Source: Candidatus Sericytochromatia bacterium
GTDB taxonomy: Bacteria; Cyanobacteriota; Sericytochromatia; S15B-MN24; UBA4093
DNA length: 64,000 bases
Assembly: GCA_036676985.1 (NCBI GenBank)
Contig: JAKFBU010000076.1
Span: 32,001-96,000, forward strand
Direction of reading: 5' to 3'
A program made the position numbers and the translations under genes. The notes beneath the pieces are model-generated. The model ran no database searches, was not told where the DNA came from, and saw nothing but the letters and a program-made list of their open reading frames with translations. Of the stretch, positions 9,266 through 19,384 are shown in pieces. Position 1 is the first letter of the stretch. Every line of letters starts with the position of its first letter.

Positions 9266-10237
9266 ATGCTCGGTCATCGCAAGCTTTCCCTTCTTCTGCT
9301 CGCTGTTTCGCTCGCGTTGCCCGGCTGTGGTGCGGCCCCCGGCCTTCAGGCCTCGGTCGCGTCCGACGTCGCCCTCGATGCCAACGGCCTCCCGATGGAG
9401 GCCCGCACGATCAAGACCGAGATCGGCAACATCACGCTCGGCCTCCTGCCCAACAAGCGTCCCTCGTCCGAGGCCCTGGAAGAGGGCGTCACGGATTACG
9501 AGACGGAGCTTGGCCTCGGCCTGTCGATCCAGGGCACGACCCTGCCCGAGAAGGTCGATTTGAGCTCGTACTTCGGGGCCGTCCGCAACCAGGGAGCGCT
9601 CGGCTCGTGCGCGGCCTTCGCGACGACGAGCATCATGGAGGCGACCCTCAAGATCAAGGGCAAGAAGCGCGACACCCTAGCCCCCCTCTTCTTCTACTAT
9701 GCGACCCGCCAGGCCATGCAGGAGTCGGGCCGCATGGCCAAGGCGACCAAGCGTGACACCGGCTCGTTCATGGACCTCGCGGCCCGCACGGCGGTCAAGG
9801 TCGGCGCGCCCGGCGAGGACATGGTTCCCTATCGCGACGGCAAGCAGGGGCTCGCCTACGATCCGACCGACGACGAGTTCTCGGCGGCCAAGCAGTTCCA
9901 GATGCTCAAGACCAAGCGCGTCTCGACCGTGAAGGGCATGAAGTCGGCGCTGGCGAGCAAGCATCCCATCATCATCGGCGTGCCCCTCTACCAGTCGTTC
10001 ATGACCAAGGAGTTCGCCAAGAGCGGCGAGATGGTGCTGCCCCAGAAGGGCGAGCAGATCATCGGCGGCCACGCGATGGCGATGGTGGGCTACGACGACG
10101 CCAAGGAGTCGTTCATCGTCCGCAACTCGTGGGGCAAGGACTGGGGCAAGGGCGGTTACTTCTACATGCCCTACGAGTACTTCCAGCCCAAGTACATCGG
10201 ACAGCACGGCTACTTCTCGTGCTACATCTTCGACTAA
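9266..10237 (+). CDS. Papain-family (C1A) cysteine peptidase, lipoprotein
   Basis: Lipobox LPGC; NQGALGSCAAF, GGHAM, RNSWGKDWG. Confidence 0.92.
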   Translation: MLGHRKLSLLLLAVSLALPGCGAAPGLQASVASDVALDANGLPMEARTIKTEIGNITLGLLPNKRPSSEALEEGVTDYETELGLGLSIQGTTLPEKVDLSSYFGAVRNQGALGSCAAFATTSIMEATLKIKGKKRDTLAPLFFYYATRQAMQESGRMAKATKRDTGSFMDLAARTAVKVGAPGEDMVPYRDGKQGLAYDPTDDEFSAAKQFQMLKTKRVSTVKGMKSALASKHPIIIGVPLYQSFMTKEFAKSGEMVLPQKGEQIIGGHAMAMVGYDDAKESFIVRNSWGKDWGKGGYFYMPYEYFQPKYIGQHGYFSCYIFD

Positions 10238-10248
10238 GCTAGTCTCGG

Positions 10249-10278
10249 AGCCCCCGGCGGATCGCCGGGGGCTATTTT
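10249..10278 (+). terminator. Intrinsic terminator
   Basis: AGCCCCCGGCG / CGCCGGGGGCT followed by ATTTT. Confidence 0.75.
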
Positions 10279-10371
10279 CATGATTCGCCTCTCTTGGTTG
10301 CCCTCCCGCGCGATCCTCGGCATAATGAGGGTGGAATTGACCGTTTATCCACTCACGTCTAGAGGAATTCC

Positions 10372-10875
10372 ATGAATCAGTCTCAACGGGAACGCCTCGC
10401 GCTGGTGCTCAGCCGCGCGATGCAAGCAGCCTTGACCGAGAGCCCCGAGCGGGTGCGCGAGGTCCTGGAGGAGACGCTGCGCGAGCTGAGCGGTGGCGAG
10501 CGTCCGGCCCAGGCCCCCCGTCAGGGTCGCGGCGGCCGTCCCCCCCGCGAGCGCGAGCGCGAGCGGGAGTACGAGCCCGAGATCCCCTTCAACGAGGCCG
10601 AGAGCCGCAAGCAGCTCGCCGGCCTCCTGGACGTCCTGGTCATGGCCAGCGGGACCATCGGCCGCTATACTGCCGATCGCCTCGAGCGGAAGATCTTCGG
10701 CGATCGCGCCCGCGGCGCCGAGCGCTGGATGATCAACCAGGGCCTGATCCAGGCGACCGAGGACGGTGCGCTCCAGATCACCGAGGAGGGCCTGCGCTAC
10801 CTCGACAGCAACCGTGAAGGTCGCTTCAAGAGCTACGTCGGCTTCGAGGCCGAGCCCGCATCCCGCGGCGCCTAG
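10372..10875 (+). CDS. Hypothetical protein, possible C-terminal winged helix
   Basis: GAGGA RBS; GLI...LQITEEGLRYL resembles a wHTH wing. Confidence 0.65.
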   Translation: MNQSQRERLALVLSRAMQAALTESPERVREVLEETLRELSGGERPAQAPRQGRGGRPPREREREREYEPEIPFNEAESRKQLAGLLDVLVMASGTIGRYTADRLERKIFGDRARGAERWMINQGLIQATEDGALQITEEGLRYLDSNREGRFKSYVGFEAEPASRGA

Positions 10876-10896
10876 CTCTCCCAGCTCCAGAACCGT

Positions 10897-10926
10897 CGAC
10901 GCGCCCCCGGATCCGGGGGCGCGTCG
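10897..10926. terminator. Palindrome between convergent genes
   Basis: Perfect 30-bp palindrome CGACGCGCCCCCGGATCCGGGGGCGCGTCG. Confidence 0.6.
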
Positions 10927-10928
10927 TC

Positions 10929-11453
10929 TTATCCGTCGCTCGCTTTGTAGAAGAAGGTGAGCGTCAGGTTGGCCACGATCCGGTCGGGATCCTGCGGGTC
11001 GGTCTTGAGGGCCATGCGGTCGAGTCCCATGAGGACCTCCGGCCTCTCCAGCTCCGCGACGAGTTCGCCGATGGCCTCGTAGGACCCTTGCAGCTCGACC
11101 TCCACCCGGCAGGTCGACTCCTCCTGGGACAGGATGCTCGTTCCCACCGGAGTCACGGCATGACGGGTCGTCAGCTTTTCCAGGTAGCTCTGGATGGCGA
11201 GGCTGCTGTTCTCACCCGGCTTCAAGGCGAGGATGGGCGGCAGGGCCTCGCTCCCGGAGCTGCGCTCCGCCGTCACGGCCTCCTGCAGGGCGGCATGGGC
11301 CTCCTGCGACTTGGCGAGCTGCTGCCGCAGCTTGTGCGCCTGGGTGAGCGGGCCGTCGATCAAGAGCATGTAGCCGACGACGAGCTCCAGGAAGAACCCG
11401 AAGCCGATCATCAGGCGGATGTCGCGGGGAGTGAAGCCCGGGGTCTTACTCAT
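10929..11453 (-). CDS. PilO/GspM-like pilus alignment protein
   Basis: N-terminal TM, coiled coil, VELQGSYEAIGELVAELE signature; last gene of the pil operon. Confidence 0.75.
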   Translation of the reverse strand: MSKTPGFTPRDIRLMIGFGFFLELVVGYMLLIDGPLTQAHKLRQQLAKSQEAHAALQEAVTAERSSGSEALPPILALKPGENSSLAIQSYLEKLTTRHAVTPVGTSILSQEESTCRVEVELQGSYEAIGELVAELERPEVLMGLDRMALKTDPQDPDRIVANLTLTFFYKASDG

Positions 11454-12816
11454 GGGCGGCCTCCGCGACGATCTCGAAGCGGAAGACGCGCTGATCTCCC
11501 ACCTGCTGTGCCTCCAGGAGCGGCATGCCCACCTTGGTCAGCGTGGGCAGGTCCTCCAGGGCGCGGGCCATGTCCAGGGGCGACGTGCGGGAGAGGGCAA
11601 AGCCCTTGATCGAGAGCTTTTGATCCGGCTGGATCTCCGTCTCGGTCATCCACGCGTCTCCGGGCGTGACCTCCTGGAGGCTCCGATACAGGGAGCTGCC
11701 GGCACGGGACGAGCCGATCAGGGCGCGGGCCGCCTCGGTGTCGATGCCCTCGTGCCGGTGCTCGGTGACGGCGCTCTGTAGCTGCGCGGTCTCGGTGTCC
11801 AGCCTGATCATGGCCTCGCGGACCGCCCGGAGCTGGCCGTCCAGGAGGAGGCTCACCAGCATGAGCACGATGAGAATGCCCGAAAACGCCCCGATGAGCG
11901 CGAGCTGCCGGTTGCTGAGGCTGCGCTGCTTGGCCTTGGGCAGGGGCAGCACGTTCAGGTTGATCGGGAACTCGTCGCTGCCGAAGTCCGCGGCCCCGCG
12001 CGCGAGGGCCGTCTCCTTGCGATCGTCCAGCCGGGCGAACTCGTGCCCCGGCCAGAGCCGGAGCTGCTCCTCGAGCGTCTCGGGGACGTTGATCAGCTTC
12101 CACGCGGTCACGCCGGCGTCCAGCAAGGAGCGCTGCAGCTCCATGCGGGCGTCCGCGACGGCCTCCTGGTCGCCCTGGGCGATCGCCTCCAAGTCCACGT
12201 AGACCCGGCGCCAGCTGCCGAGGCGCTCCTCATGCCAGACGGAGACGTCGAGGCTATGCGGCAGGGCGAGGATGACGCCCAGGGAGCCCGCCGGCCGGAA
12301 GGCGGCCCGCTGCAGGGCGACGGCCGCGGGCTCGATGTTCAGGAGCTCGACTCCGACGCTCGCAAAGGTCGCGCCGATGGCGTCGATCAGGTCCTTGCGG
12401 AAGGCCGCGACCAGGAGCGCCAGCGAGTTGCCTTCCTGAGACACCACCGCGCAGTCGAAGAACACCTCGGTGCCGTGGAAGATGGTGTAGCGCTCGAGCT
12501 CCGTCAGGATGGCCGTCCGCAGCTCCTCGACCTCGGGCACGTAGGCGAGGGGCAGGTGCAGCTGGCGCAGGAGCCCCCCGTCCACCGCGAGGCGCGCGCG
12601 CACCTTCTTGGAGCCATGGCCGAGGGCCTGGCGGCAGCCTGTGATGGCGTCCTTGAGGGCCTGCTTGTCCAGAAGGTCGAAGCGCGCGGGCTCTTCGGCG
12701 CTCGAGGGGCCGAAGGTGGGGACCTCGAAGGCCTGGTACGAGCTGAGTCCCTCCGGATCGAGGGCCGAGAGCCCGCGGGAGGTCAGCGTGAAGGAGAGGA
12801 GGGGGCGTGTGATCAT
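11446..12816 (-). CDS. Fused PilM-like (actin fold) and PilN-like protein
   Basis: N-terminal LLVAAFRKDLID...GVELLNIEP PilM pattern; internal INLNVLP, TM, coiled coil, TPGDAWMTE...IKGFA PilN domain. Confidence 0.75.
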   Translation of the reverse strand: MITRPLLSFTLTSRGLSALDPEGLSSYQAFEVPTFGPSSAEEPARFDLLDKQALKDAITGCRQALGHGSKKVRARLAVDGGLLRQLHLPLAYVPEVEELRTAILTELERYTIFHGTEVFFDCAVVSQEGNSLALLVAAFRKDLIDAIGATFASVGVELLNIEPAAVALQRAAFRPAGSLGVILALPHSLDVSVWHEERLGSWRRVYVDLEAIAQGDQEAVADARMELQRSLLDAGVTAWKLINVPETLEEQLRLWPGHEFARLDDRKETALARGAADFGSDEFPINLNVLPLPKAKQRSLSNRQLALIGAFSGILIVLMLVSLLLDGQLRAVREAMIRLDTETAQLQSAVTEHRHEGIDTEAARALIGSSRAGSSLYRSLQEVTPGDAWMTETEIQPDQKLSIKGFALSRTSPLDMARALEDLPTLTKVGMPLLEAQQVGDQRVFRFEIVAEAAHE

Positions 12817-13760
12817 TTCGCCTTGAGCACGTAGGGCTTGGAATGCGTGGTGTCGGAGGCCTCGAACAGGGTCATGGTGAAGGACTCGATTTCCCGTTCG
12901 GCCATGAAGTGGAACTTGATGGTCGCGGACGTGCCCGCGCGGATGGTGAGCGGCCGGTCGAGCACCTCGGGAGCCCCGCCCGATCGGTACTCAGCCTGCC
13001 CGCCGCCCCACGAGCTCGCGTTGTCCGCCGAGAAGTCCATCGCCTTGATATACCCGCCGGCCTTGTGATCGTCCCAGGCGGCCGCAAAGGCGCCGATCTC
13101 GAGATCCTTGCCCGAGCCGTTCTCGAAGGAGAACGCTACGTGGACGGAGTGGTGCCAGTTCTGGTCGTCGCCCCAGGTCGTCCAGTCGGCGGTGGGCGTC
13201 AGGGCGCGTGCCGTGGCCGGCTCGCGCATCACGGCCGACACCGCCGGGGGTGTCTGGGTGGAGCCCGTGCTCTTGCTCTTCAGGCGCAGTTGCCCGAGCT
13301 CCAGCCGCCGGGCCTCGTCGTTGGTCTTGGGGACGCCGTTGTTGAGGGTGTAGTAGGCGAAGCGCCCGTCCTCGACCGTGAAGATCGCCGGATCGATCAC
13401 GTCCTGCCAGGTGCCGGGCGGGGTGGCCGCCGTCGCGCTCTCGCCGCGCTGGAGCTTGCCTTCGGCGATGCGCCAGGTGACGAAGGTGAAGGTCGTGAGC
13501 GACGTCGGCTGCCGCAAGGTGACTGCGGAGGCCTGGCTCAGGAGGCTCGTCATGTGGGTGGACGCGCGCACGTCCTCGGTGAAGCGCGAGAGCACCACGG
13601 CCCCGTCCTGCTGGCTGTAGAGGCTGTCCTGGCTGTCCCGACGCGCCATCTGGCTCTTGTAGACGAGCGCTCCGAGCGGCACGACCATGATGGCGAAGAT
13701 GCCGATGGCGACCATCAGCTCGAGGACGGTGACGCCGCGTTCATGGGGGCGAGGGCGCAT
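12813..13760 (-). CDS. Minor pilin/pseudopilin (PilW/GspJ-like) with extra C-terminal domain
   Basis: Class III signal ERG|VTVLELMVAIGIF; start overlaps the upstream stop (TGATG). Confidence 0.8.
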   Translation of the reverse strand: MRPRPHERGVTVLELMVAIGIFAIMVVPLGALVYKSQMARRDSQDSLYSQQDGAVVLSRFTEDVRASTHMTSLLSQASAVTLRQPTSLTTFTFVTWRIAEGKLQRGESATAATPPGTWQDVIDPAIFTVEDGRFAYYTLNNGVPKTNDEARRLELGQLRLKSKSTGSTQTPPAVSAVMREPATARALTPTADWTTWGDDQNWHHSVHVAFSFENGSGKDLEIGAFAAAWDDHKAGGYIKAMDFSADNASSWGGGQAEYRSGGAPEVLDRPLTIRAGTSATIKFHFMAEREIESFTMTLFEASDTTHSKPYVLKAK

Positions 13761-14143
13761 CAGGGGGCCTCCTTTGCGGTCAAGGACACCAGCTCGACGA
13801 TCGGGGCGTCGCCGCCACGGGGGGTGACCGTCACCACCGCGCGGCGCAAGCTGCTCGTCGTCAGAGGAGCGGGAAGGGGCTCGGGGGTGAGGGTGAGGGC
13901 GTACTGGAGCCCGGAGTCGACCTCGATGCCGCTGGTGGCGACCTGCTGGTCGTACGAGACGTCCCGCACGTTCGATTCGAGCACCCGCTGCGCCAGGGCC
14001 ATGGCCTTGGAGCGCTGCTCCGCGGCCGAGGTCGCCTGGGCGGCCGCGAGCCACATGTTGGCCGTGGGCACCAGCGCGATGCTCACGATGCCGAGGGCGA
14101 GGGTCACCTCGATCAGGGTCATGCCCGCTTGGCCCGTTCTCAT
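13760..14143 (-). CDS. Minor pilin/pseudopilin (PilV/GspI-like)
   Basis: QAG|MTLIEVTLALGIV. Confidence 0.85.
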   Translation of the reverse strand: MRTGQAGMTLIEVTLALGIVSIALVPTANMWLAAAQATSAAEQRSKAMALAQRVLESNVRDVSYDQQVATSGIEVDSGLQYALTLTPEPLPAPLTTSSLRRAVVTVTPRGGDAPIVELVSLTAKEAP

Positions 14144-14526
14144 GGGATCTCCCACATCAGGATCCGGCCGCCCGAGGTGAAGGCCCGGGCGGTGGCCTGG
14201 TAGGCGTCGCCCTTGACCACCGCGCTGCCGGTGCTCGAGATCCAGGAGTCCGAGCCGATCGTGGCCTCGTAGGTGATGAACATGCCGTTGGCATCTCGCA
14301 GCGCGGTGACGGGGACGTCGCTCTTGGCATCGAGCGCCGCGTAGATGCCGGACTCCGCCGCGTAGACGGCCTGCAGGCGGGCGTGCTCCGCTGTGAGGCG
14401 GTGGGCATGGCTGAGCTGGGCCGAGGCGAAGGCCACCGACGCGGACAGGAACACGAAAACGACCAGCGAGAGGAGCAGGAGGATCGACCCCTGCTCGGAG
14501 CGGCGATCGCGTGAGCGTTTGCTCAC
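14140..14526 (-). CDS. PilX/GspK-like minor pilin
   Basis: EQG|SILLLLSLVVFV lacking Glu5; QAVYAAESGI motif; only the C-terminal part of the 703-aa shadow ORF; GTG start inferred. Confidence 0.75.
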   Translation of the reverse strand: MSKRSRDRRSEQGSILLLLSLVVFVFLSASVAFASAQLSHAHRLTAEHARLQAVYAAESGIYAALDAKSDVPVTALRDANGMFITYEATIGSDSWISSTGSAVVKGDAYQATARAFTSGGRILMWEIP

Positions 14527-14661
14527 GACAGGCGATTGTTCTTCGGGGTGATGTGAAGAAATACTCACGATCGACGTTTCCGAGTGCAAAAACGGCTTAA
14601 AACGAGGCCTGCCAACGTATAATACCACCGCAACCGCTTGTTTGACGCATTGGAGCTCTAA

Positions 14662-16404
14662 ATGGACCCGGTTAAACCCCCCATTTTTCCAATCGCTCGT
14701 AAGCTTGGGGAATTGCTCATGGAGGCGGGGCTCATCGATGTCCCGCGGCTCGAGCGGGCGCTTTCCGAGAGCCGGCAGACCGGTGAGCCGGTGGGCAAGA
14801 TCCTGCTCAAGCACGGCTGGGTGACCGAAGAGCAGCTCGGACAGGCCCTCAGCGCCCAGGCCGGCACCAGCTACGTCAAGATCGGCGATCGCGAGTTCAA
14901 CCAGGATCTGCTCGGGCTCTTCCCGCACGAGTTCTGCGCCCGCCGCAAGGTCCTGCCCCTGAGCGTCCAGCAGGGCGTGCTGCTGGTCGCCATGGTGCAC
15001 CCCAACGACGTGCAGACGCTCGACGAGATCTACCTGCTCACGGGCCTCAAGCCCAAGCCGCTCGTCACCACGAGCAAGGAGTTCGACGACTCCTTCGCCG
15101 CGCTCATGAGCGGGGTGCAGGGGCAGGTCTCCGAGGTGATCGCGACGCTGCGGCAGGAGGTCGCCGAGGACAGCGCGACGCCTCCTCAGCAGCGCCTCGC
15201 CGACGAGCTCGCCGTCGAGGACCAGCCCGTCGTGCGCTTGCTCAACTCCATCCTGTCGGACGCGATCGCCCGCGGCGCCTCGGACGTCCACATGGAGGCG
15301 CGCGAGAAGTGCCTGCGGGTGCGGTTCCGGGTGGACGGCATCATGATCGACGCCACCGACATCCCCAAGGACCTGGAGGCCCTGACCCTCAGCCGCCTCA
15401 AGATCATGGCGAGCCTCGACATCGCCGAGAAGCGCAAGCCCCAGGACGGCCGCAGCCGGGTCTCGGTGGCGGGCCGCCAGTACGACCTGCGCGTCAACCT
15501 CATCCCCAACATCTGGGGCGAGAAGGCGGTCATCCGGATCCTGCGGCCGGCCATGCTCTTCGGCGGCATGCAGAACCTCGGCCTCTACCCGGACGTCTAC
15601 CAGCGCCTGCGCGGCCTCATCGAGGCGCCGCACGGCATCGTGCTCGCCACCGGCCCCACGGGCTCCGGCAAGACGACCACCCTCTACTCGGCCCTCTACG
15701 AGCTCAACTCGACCGAGCGCAACATCCTGACGGTCGAGGATCCGGTGGAGTACCCGCTGGAGGGCGTCTCCCAGACCCAGGTCCAGCCCAAGGCGGGCAT
15801 GTCCTTCGCCGATGCCCTGCGCGCCATGCTGCGCCAGGACCCGGACGTCATCATGGTCGGCGAGATCCGGGACCAGGAGACGCTCGACGCCGCGGTCTAC
15901 GCGGCCCTGACGGGCCACCTGGTGCTCTCGACCATCCATGCCAACGACGCCACCAGCACGCCCACCCGCATGATGGAGATGGGGCTCGCGCCCTACCTGC
16001 TCACCTCGGCGGTGCGGGGCATCATCGCGCAGCGCCTGATTCGCCGCCTCTGCCCCCATTGCCGGGAGCCCCATCGGATGGAGCACGGCCCGGCGCCGCT
16101 CGTCGGCCTCACCATGTACCGGGGCCGGGGCTGCGCGCGCTGCCGGGAGACGGGGTTCCATGGCCGGGTGCCGCTCTTCGAGGTCATGACCATGAACGAG
16201 GCCATCGAGGACCTGATCAACCAGGGCGCTCCCGCCCAGCGCATCCGGCATGCGGCCCTGCAGAGCGGCATGCTGGGGCTCGCCGACGACGCCCTGCGCA
16301 AGATCCAGGACGGCATCACGACGCCCGCCGAGGTGGCGCGCGCGCTCGGTCCCTTGTGGATAGACGATCTATGCCCAGCTTCCGTTACCGGGTCGTCGAC
16401 CTAG
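14662..16404 (+). CDS. pilB: Type IV pilus / T2SS assembly ATPase (PilB/GspE) with N-terminal MshEN
   Basis: ASDVHME, GPTGSGKTT, TVEDPVE, LRQDPDVIMVGEIRD, TGHLVLSTIH, two CxxC pairs; KLGELLMEAGLI motif. Confidence 0.92.
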   Translation: MDPVKPPIFPIARKLGELLMEAGLIDVPRLERALSESRQTGEPVGKILLKHGWVTEEQLGQALSAQAGTSYVKIGDREFNQDLLGLFPHEFCARRKVLPLSVQQGVLLVAMVHPNDVQTLDEIYLLTGLKPKPLVTTSKEFDDSFAALMSGVQGQVSEVIATLRQEVAEDSATPPQQRLADELAVEDQPVVRLLNSILSDAIARGASDVHMEAREKCLRVRFRVDGIMIDATDIPKDLEALTLSRLKIMASLDIAEKRKPQDGRSRVSVAGRQYDLRVNLIPNIWGEKAVIRILRPAMLFGGMQNLGLYPDVYQRLRGLIEAPHGIVLATGPTGSGKTTTLYSALYELNSTERNILTVEDPVEYPLEGVSQTQVQPKAGMSFADALRAMLRQDPDVIMVGEIRDQETLDAAVYAALTGHLVLSTIHANDATSTPTRMMEMGLAPYLLTSAVRGIIAQRLIRRLCPHCREPHRMEHGPAPLVGLTMYRGRGCARCRETGFHGRVPLFEVMTMNEAIEDLINQGAPAQRIRHAALQSGMLGLADDALRKIQDGITTPAEVARALGPLWIDDLCPASVTGSST

Positions 16405-17609
16405 AGTCTCAGCAGCCCCTCGAGGGCCACATCGAGGCGACCAACGAGCGCTCGGCCCGTGCGGCCCTGCGATCGCGGGGCCTCATGCCCATGGCGGTGC
16501 AGCCGGACGATCCGACGGCAGGCATTCCACGCCAGTTCCAGGTGCTCATCGAGCTGTTGACCTTCCGTCCGCTCAAGACCTCCGATCTGGCCATCTTCAT
16601 CCAGCAATTCTCGGCCCTCCTGGATGCCGGTCTGCCCATCGTCGAGGTCATGGTCATCCTCGAGGAGCAGACGACCCACCCCACGCTGCGGCGGGCCGTG
16701 GTGGAGATCCGCAAGGACCTCCTGGGCGGCTTGATGCTCAGCGAGGCGCTGGCCCGCCACCCGCGGATCTTCCCGCCCCTGCTCGTGAGCCTGACCGAGG
16801 CCGGCGAGCTGAGCGGGGCCCTGCCCGTCATGCTCAATCGCCTGGCGGAGATGCTCGACAAGAACCTCGAGATCGAGCGCAAGGTGAAGGGGGCCATGAC
16901 CTATCCGGGCGTGGTGCTGGTGACGGTGCTCGCGGTGCTCACGGTCATGCTCGTGTTCGTGGTGCCGACCTTCCAGGGGCTTTACGCCAAGAGCAGCGAG
17001 GCCTTGCCCCTGCCCACGCAGCTGCTCCTCTCGCTCAGCGACTTCGTACGATCGTCGGTGCTCGGGATCGCGGCGGGCATGGTCTTCGCCGTCGTGGGGT
17101 ACCACTGGTTCCGGCGCACGCCGGTGGGGCGCCCCATCGTCGACCGCCTCTGGCTCCGGCTCCCCCTGGTGGGGCCGGTGCTCATGGTGCAGGCGGCCAA
17201 CACCTTCACCCGGGCCTTCGGGACGGTGTACGGCTCGGGGGTGTCCATCGTGCCGGCGATCGCCACCTGTCGCAAGGTCATCACCAACCGGGCGGTCGCC
17301 GAGGTGCTCGAGGAGGCCGAGCGCGAGGTGGAGCTGGGCAACCCCTTCGCCTCCAGGTTGCGCGAGTCGCCCTACTTCCCGCGGATCCTGTCGCAGATGA
17401 TCTCGGTGGGCGAATCGTCGGGCAAGCTCGAGGACATGGCCGCGCGGGCCGTGGCCTTCTCGGACAAGGAAATCGACTACAAGATCAAGCAGATGACGAA
17501 CATGATCGAGCCCGTGCTCACGATCGTCATCGGGCTCATCGTCATGGCGATCGCCCTGGCGCTCTACCTGCCGCTCTTCGACCTCTCGAAGATCATGAGC
17601 GGTAGCTAG
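16371..17609 (+). CDS. pilC: Inner-membrane platform protein PilC/GspF
   Basis: MPSFRY start, LLDAGLPI, AGELSG, AMTYP, VGESSGKLE, IEP...ALYLPLF. Confidence 0.92.
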   Translation: MPSFRYRVVDLESQQPLEGHIEATNERSARAALRSRGLMPMAVQPDDPTAGIPRQFQVLIELLTFRPLKTSDLAIFIQQFSALLDAGLPIVEVMVILEEQTTHPTLRRAVVEIRKDLLGGLMLSEALARHPRIFPPLLVSLTEAGELSGALPVMLNRLAEMLDKNLEIERKVKGAMTYPGVVLVTVLAVLTVMLVFVVPTFQGLYAKSSEALPLPTQLLLSLSDFVRSSVLGIAAGMVFAVVGYHWFRRTPVGRPIVDRLWLRLPLVGPVLMVQAANTFTRAFGTVYGSGVSIVPAIATCRKVITNRAVAEVLEEAEREVELGNPFASRLRESPYFPRILSQMISVGESSGKLEDMAARAVAFSDKEIDYKIKQMTNMIEPVLTIVIGLIVMAIALALYLPLFDLSKIMSGS

Positions 17610-17630
17610 CGGTTCCAGCTTGTCTAGCGC

Positions 17631-17707
17631 GTCATCCCGGCGAAAGCCGGGATCCAGGGTCGGCTCTACGAGCGCATGCCCTGGCCCCCGGCTTTCGCCG
17701 GGGTGAC
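17631..17707. repeat. RPE-like palindromic element
   Basis: GTCATCCCGGCGAAAGCCGGGATCCAGGG ... CCCTGGCCCCCGGCTTTCGCCGGGGTGAC; nested hairpins in imperfect inverted repeats. Confidence 0.7.
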
Positions 17708-17758
17708 GGCCAACCCCATTCTTGGTCGCTACTAACCGTCCAGGCCCAACGGTGGGGC

Positions 17759-19384
17759 TTACGGCTGCACCTTCGGCGTCACGACGATCATCAGCTCGGT
17801 CTGCCGCGTCTCGTTGGCCGTGCTGCTGAACAGCGCCCCGATTAGGGGGATGTCGCCCAGGATCGGGAACTTGTTCCGGGTGCTGATCTGCGTGTTCTGC
17901 GTCAACCCACCCAGTGTCAGCGAGCCGCCCGAGGGCACCGTCACCTGCTGGGTCACCAGCTCCCGCCGACTCAAGAGCGAGATCGTGTTGTTGGCGCCGT
18001 CGCGCTGCGTCTCCCGGATGGTCGAGACCGTGGGGTGCAGGCGCAGGGTCACCGTGCCGTCGGCGCCGATCTTCGGCAGGATGTTGAGCGTCACGCCGGC
18101 CGCCCCGAAGATGGGCTCCACGACCACGAAGCTCTGGTTGCCGACGGTGACGGTCTGGTTCGTGATCTTCGTGCCCTTGATGACCTCGTCCACGATGTTG
18201 ATCTGCGACTCCGTGTTGTCGCTCGCCATGATCGTGGGATGGGCGAGGATGCGCGCCTTGCGGTCCTGGACCAGGGCGTTGAGCCGAGCCCGGAACGTTG
18301 CCGGGCTCACGATCGCCGGATCGTAGCTCACGCTCCAGCTCGGATTGGCCGAGGCCGGATCGAACGAGGAGCTGATGTTGCCGTTGGCGCCCGACAGGGC
18401 CACTCCGAGCTCGTGGGCGTCCAGCGTGCTGAGCTCCACCAGCTCCACGTCGATGGCCACCTGGCGCAGGGGTTGATCGAGCTCGGGGATCATGGCCTGA
18501 GCGAGGCGCAGGGTCTCGGCCGAGCCCGTCACGACCACCGAGTTGGTCCGGGTGTCGGGGACGGCCACGGACTGCTTGGCCTCGACGGGCAGGGCCTGGG
18601 TCTGGAGGGTCCGCGTGCGCACGCCCGACTGCGAGTTACCGATTTCCACGCCCGTGTTGGCGTTGTTGGCGCCGGTGCCCTCGGTGATGCTCTCGACGTC
18701 CGCGCGGACGGTCTCGGTGGTGGTCGCCTTGTTGCCGTTGTTGAAGATCGTGGCGTTGAGGACCGAGGCCACCTGGACCGCATTGGCGTGGCTGAGCTTG
18801 AAGATCCGGTGCTCGATGGGCTGATCCAGGCTCTCGATGGTCCGTTCGGCCAGCAACAGGTCGCCCGAGGTGCCGAACACCAGGACGCTGTTGGTCCGGG
18901 GATCGGCCTTCGCGAGCTCCAGCTGCTGATGTTGGGTGGTGTTCTGGTTGTTGAGCCCGCCCGAGTACGCGCTCGTCAGGGCCGAGGTGTTGAGGAACTC
19001 GGCCACCTTGGTGGCGCTCGCGTAGCGGAGCTTGAAGAGGCGGGCGTTGTTCGAGAGCAAGCCGCGCTCGTAGGCCTTCTTCTTGCCGATCACGGCGAAG
19101 ACGTTGCCACGCCACACGGCCTGGGCTCCGCCCATGGCAAAGAGCGTCTCCAGCGCGTCGCCCAGCCGCACGTCCTTGAACTCGACGTTGACCGACGACC
19201 TGAGGTCGTCCTCGATGACCAGGTTGAGGCGGCCCTTCTGCGCGACCAGCCGGATGGCGTCCTGCAGGGGCATGTCGCTGATGGACACCGAGATCGTCCG
19301 GTCCAGCGGCTTTTGTGGACTGGCCAGGGCCGGCATGGGGAGGCTCAGCGCGAGGCAGAGGGCGAGGGCGGAACGGAAGCTCAT
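17759..19384 (-). CDS. Secretin (PilQ/GspD family)
   Basis: Signal peptide, N0 domain, two N3 repeats (DPRTNSV / DTRTNSV), LAHPTI, GVTLNILPKI, PILGDIPLIGALF, ELMIVVTP. Confidence 0.93.
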   Translation of the reverse strand: MSFRSALALCLALSLPMPALASPQKPLDRTISVSISDMPLQDAIRLVAQKGRLNLVIEDDLRSSVNVEFKDVRLGDALETLFAMGGAQAVWRGNVFAVIGKKKAYERGLLSNNARLFKLRYASATKVAEFLNTSALTSAYSGGLNNQNTTQHQQLELAKADPRTNSVLVFGTSGDLLLAERTIESLDQPIEHRIFKLSHANAVQVASVLNATIFNNGNKATTTETVRADVESITEGTGANNANTGVEIGNSQSGVRTRTLQTQALPVEAKQSVAVPDTRTNSVVVTGSAETLRLAQAMIPELDQPLRQVAIDVELVELSTLDAHELGVALSGANGNISSSFDPASANPSWSVSYDPAIVSPATFRARLNALVQDRKARILAHPTIMASDNTESQINIVDEVIKGTKITNQTVTVGNQSFVVVEPIFGAAGVTLNILPKIGADGTVTLRLHPTVSTIRETQRDGANNTISLLSRRELVTQQVTVPSGGSLTLGGLTQNTQISTRNKFPILGDIPLIGALFSSTANETRQTELMIVVTPKVQP

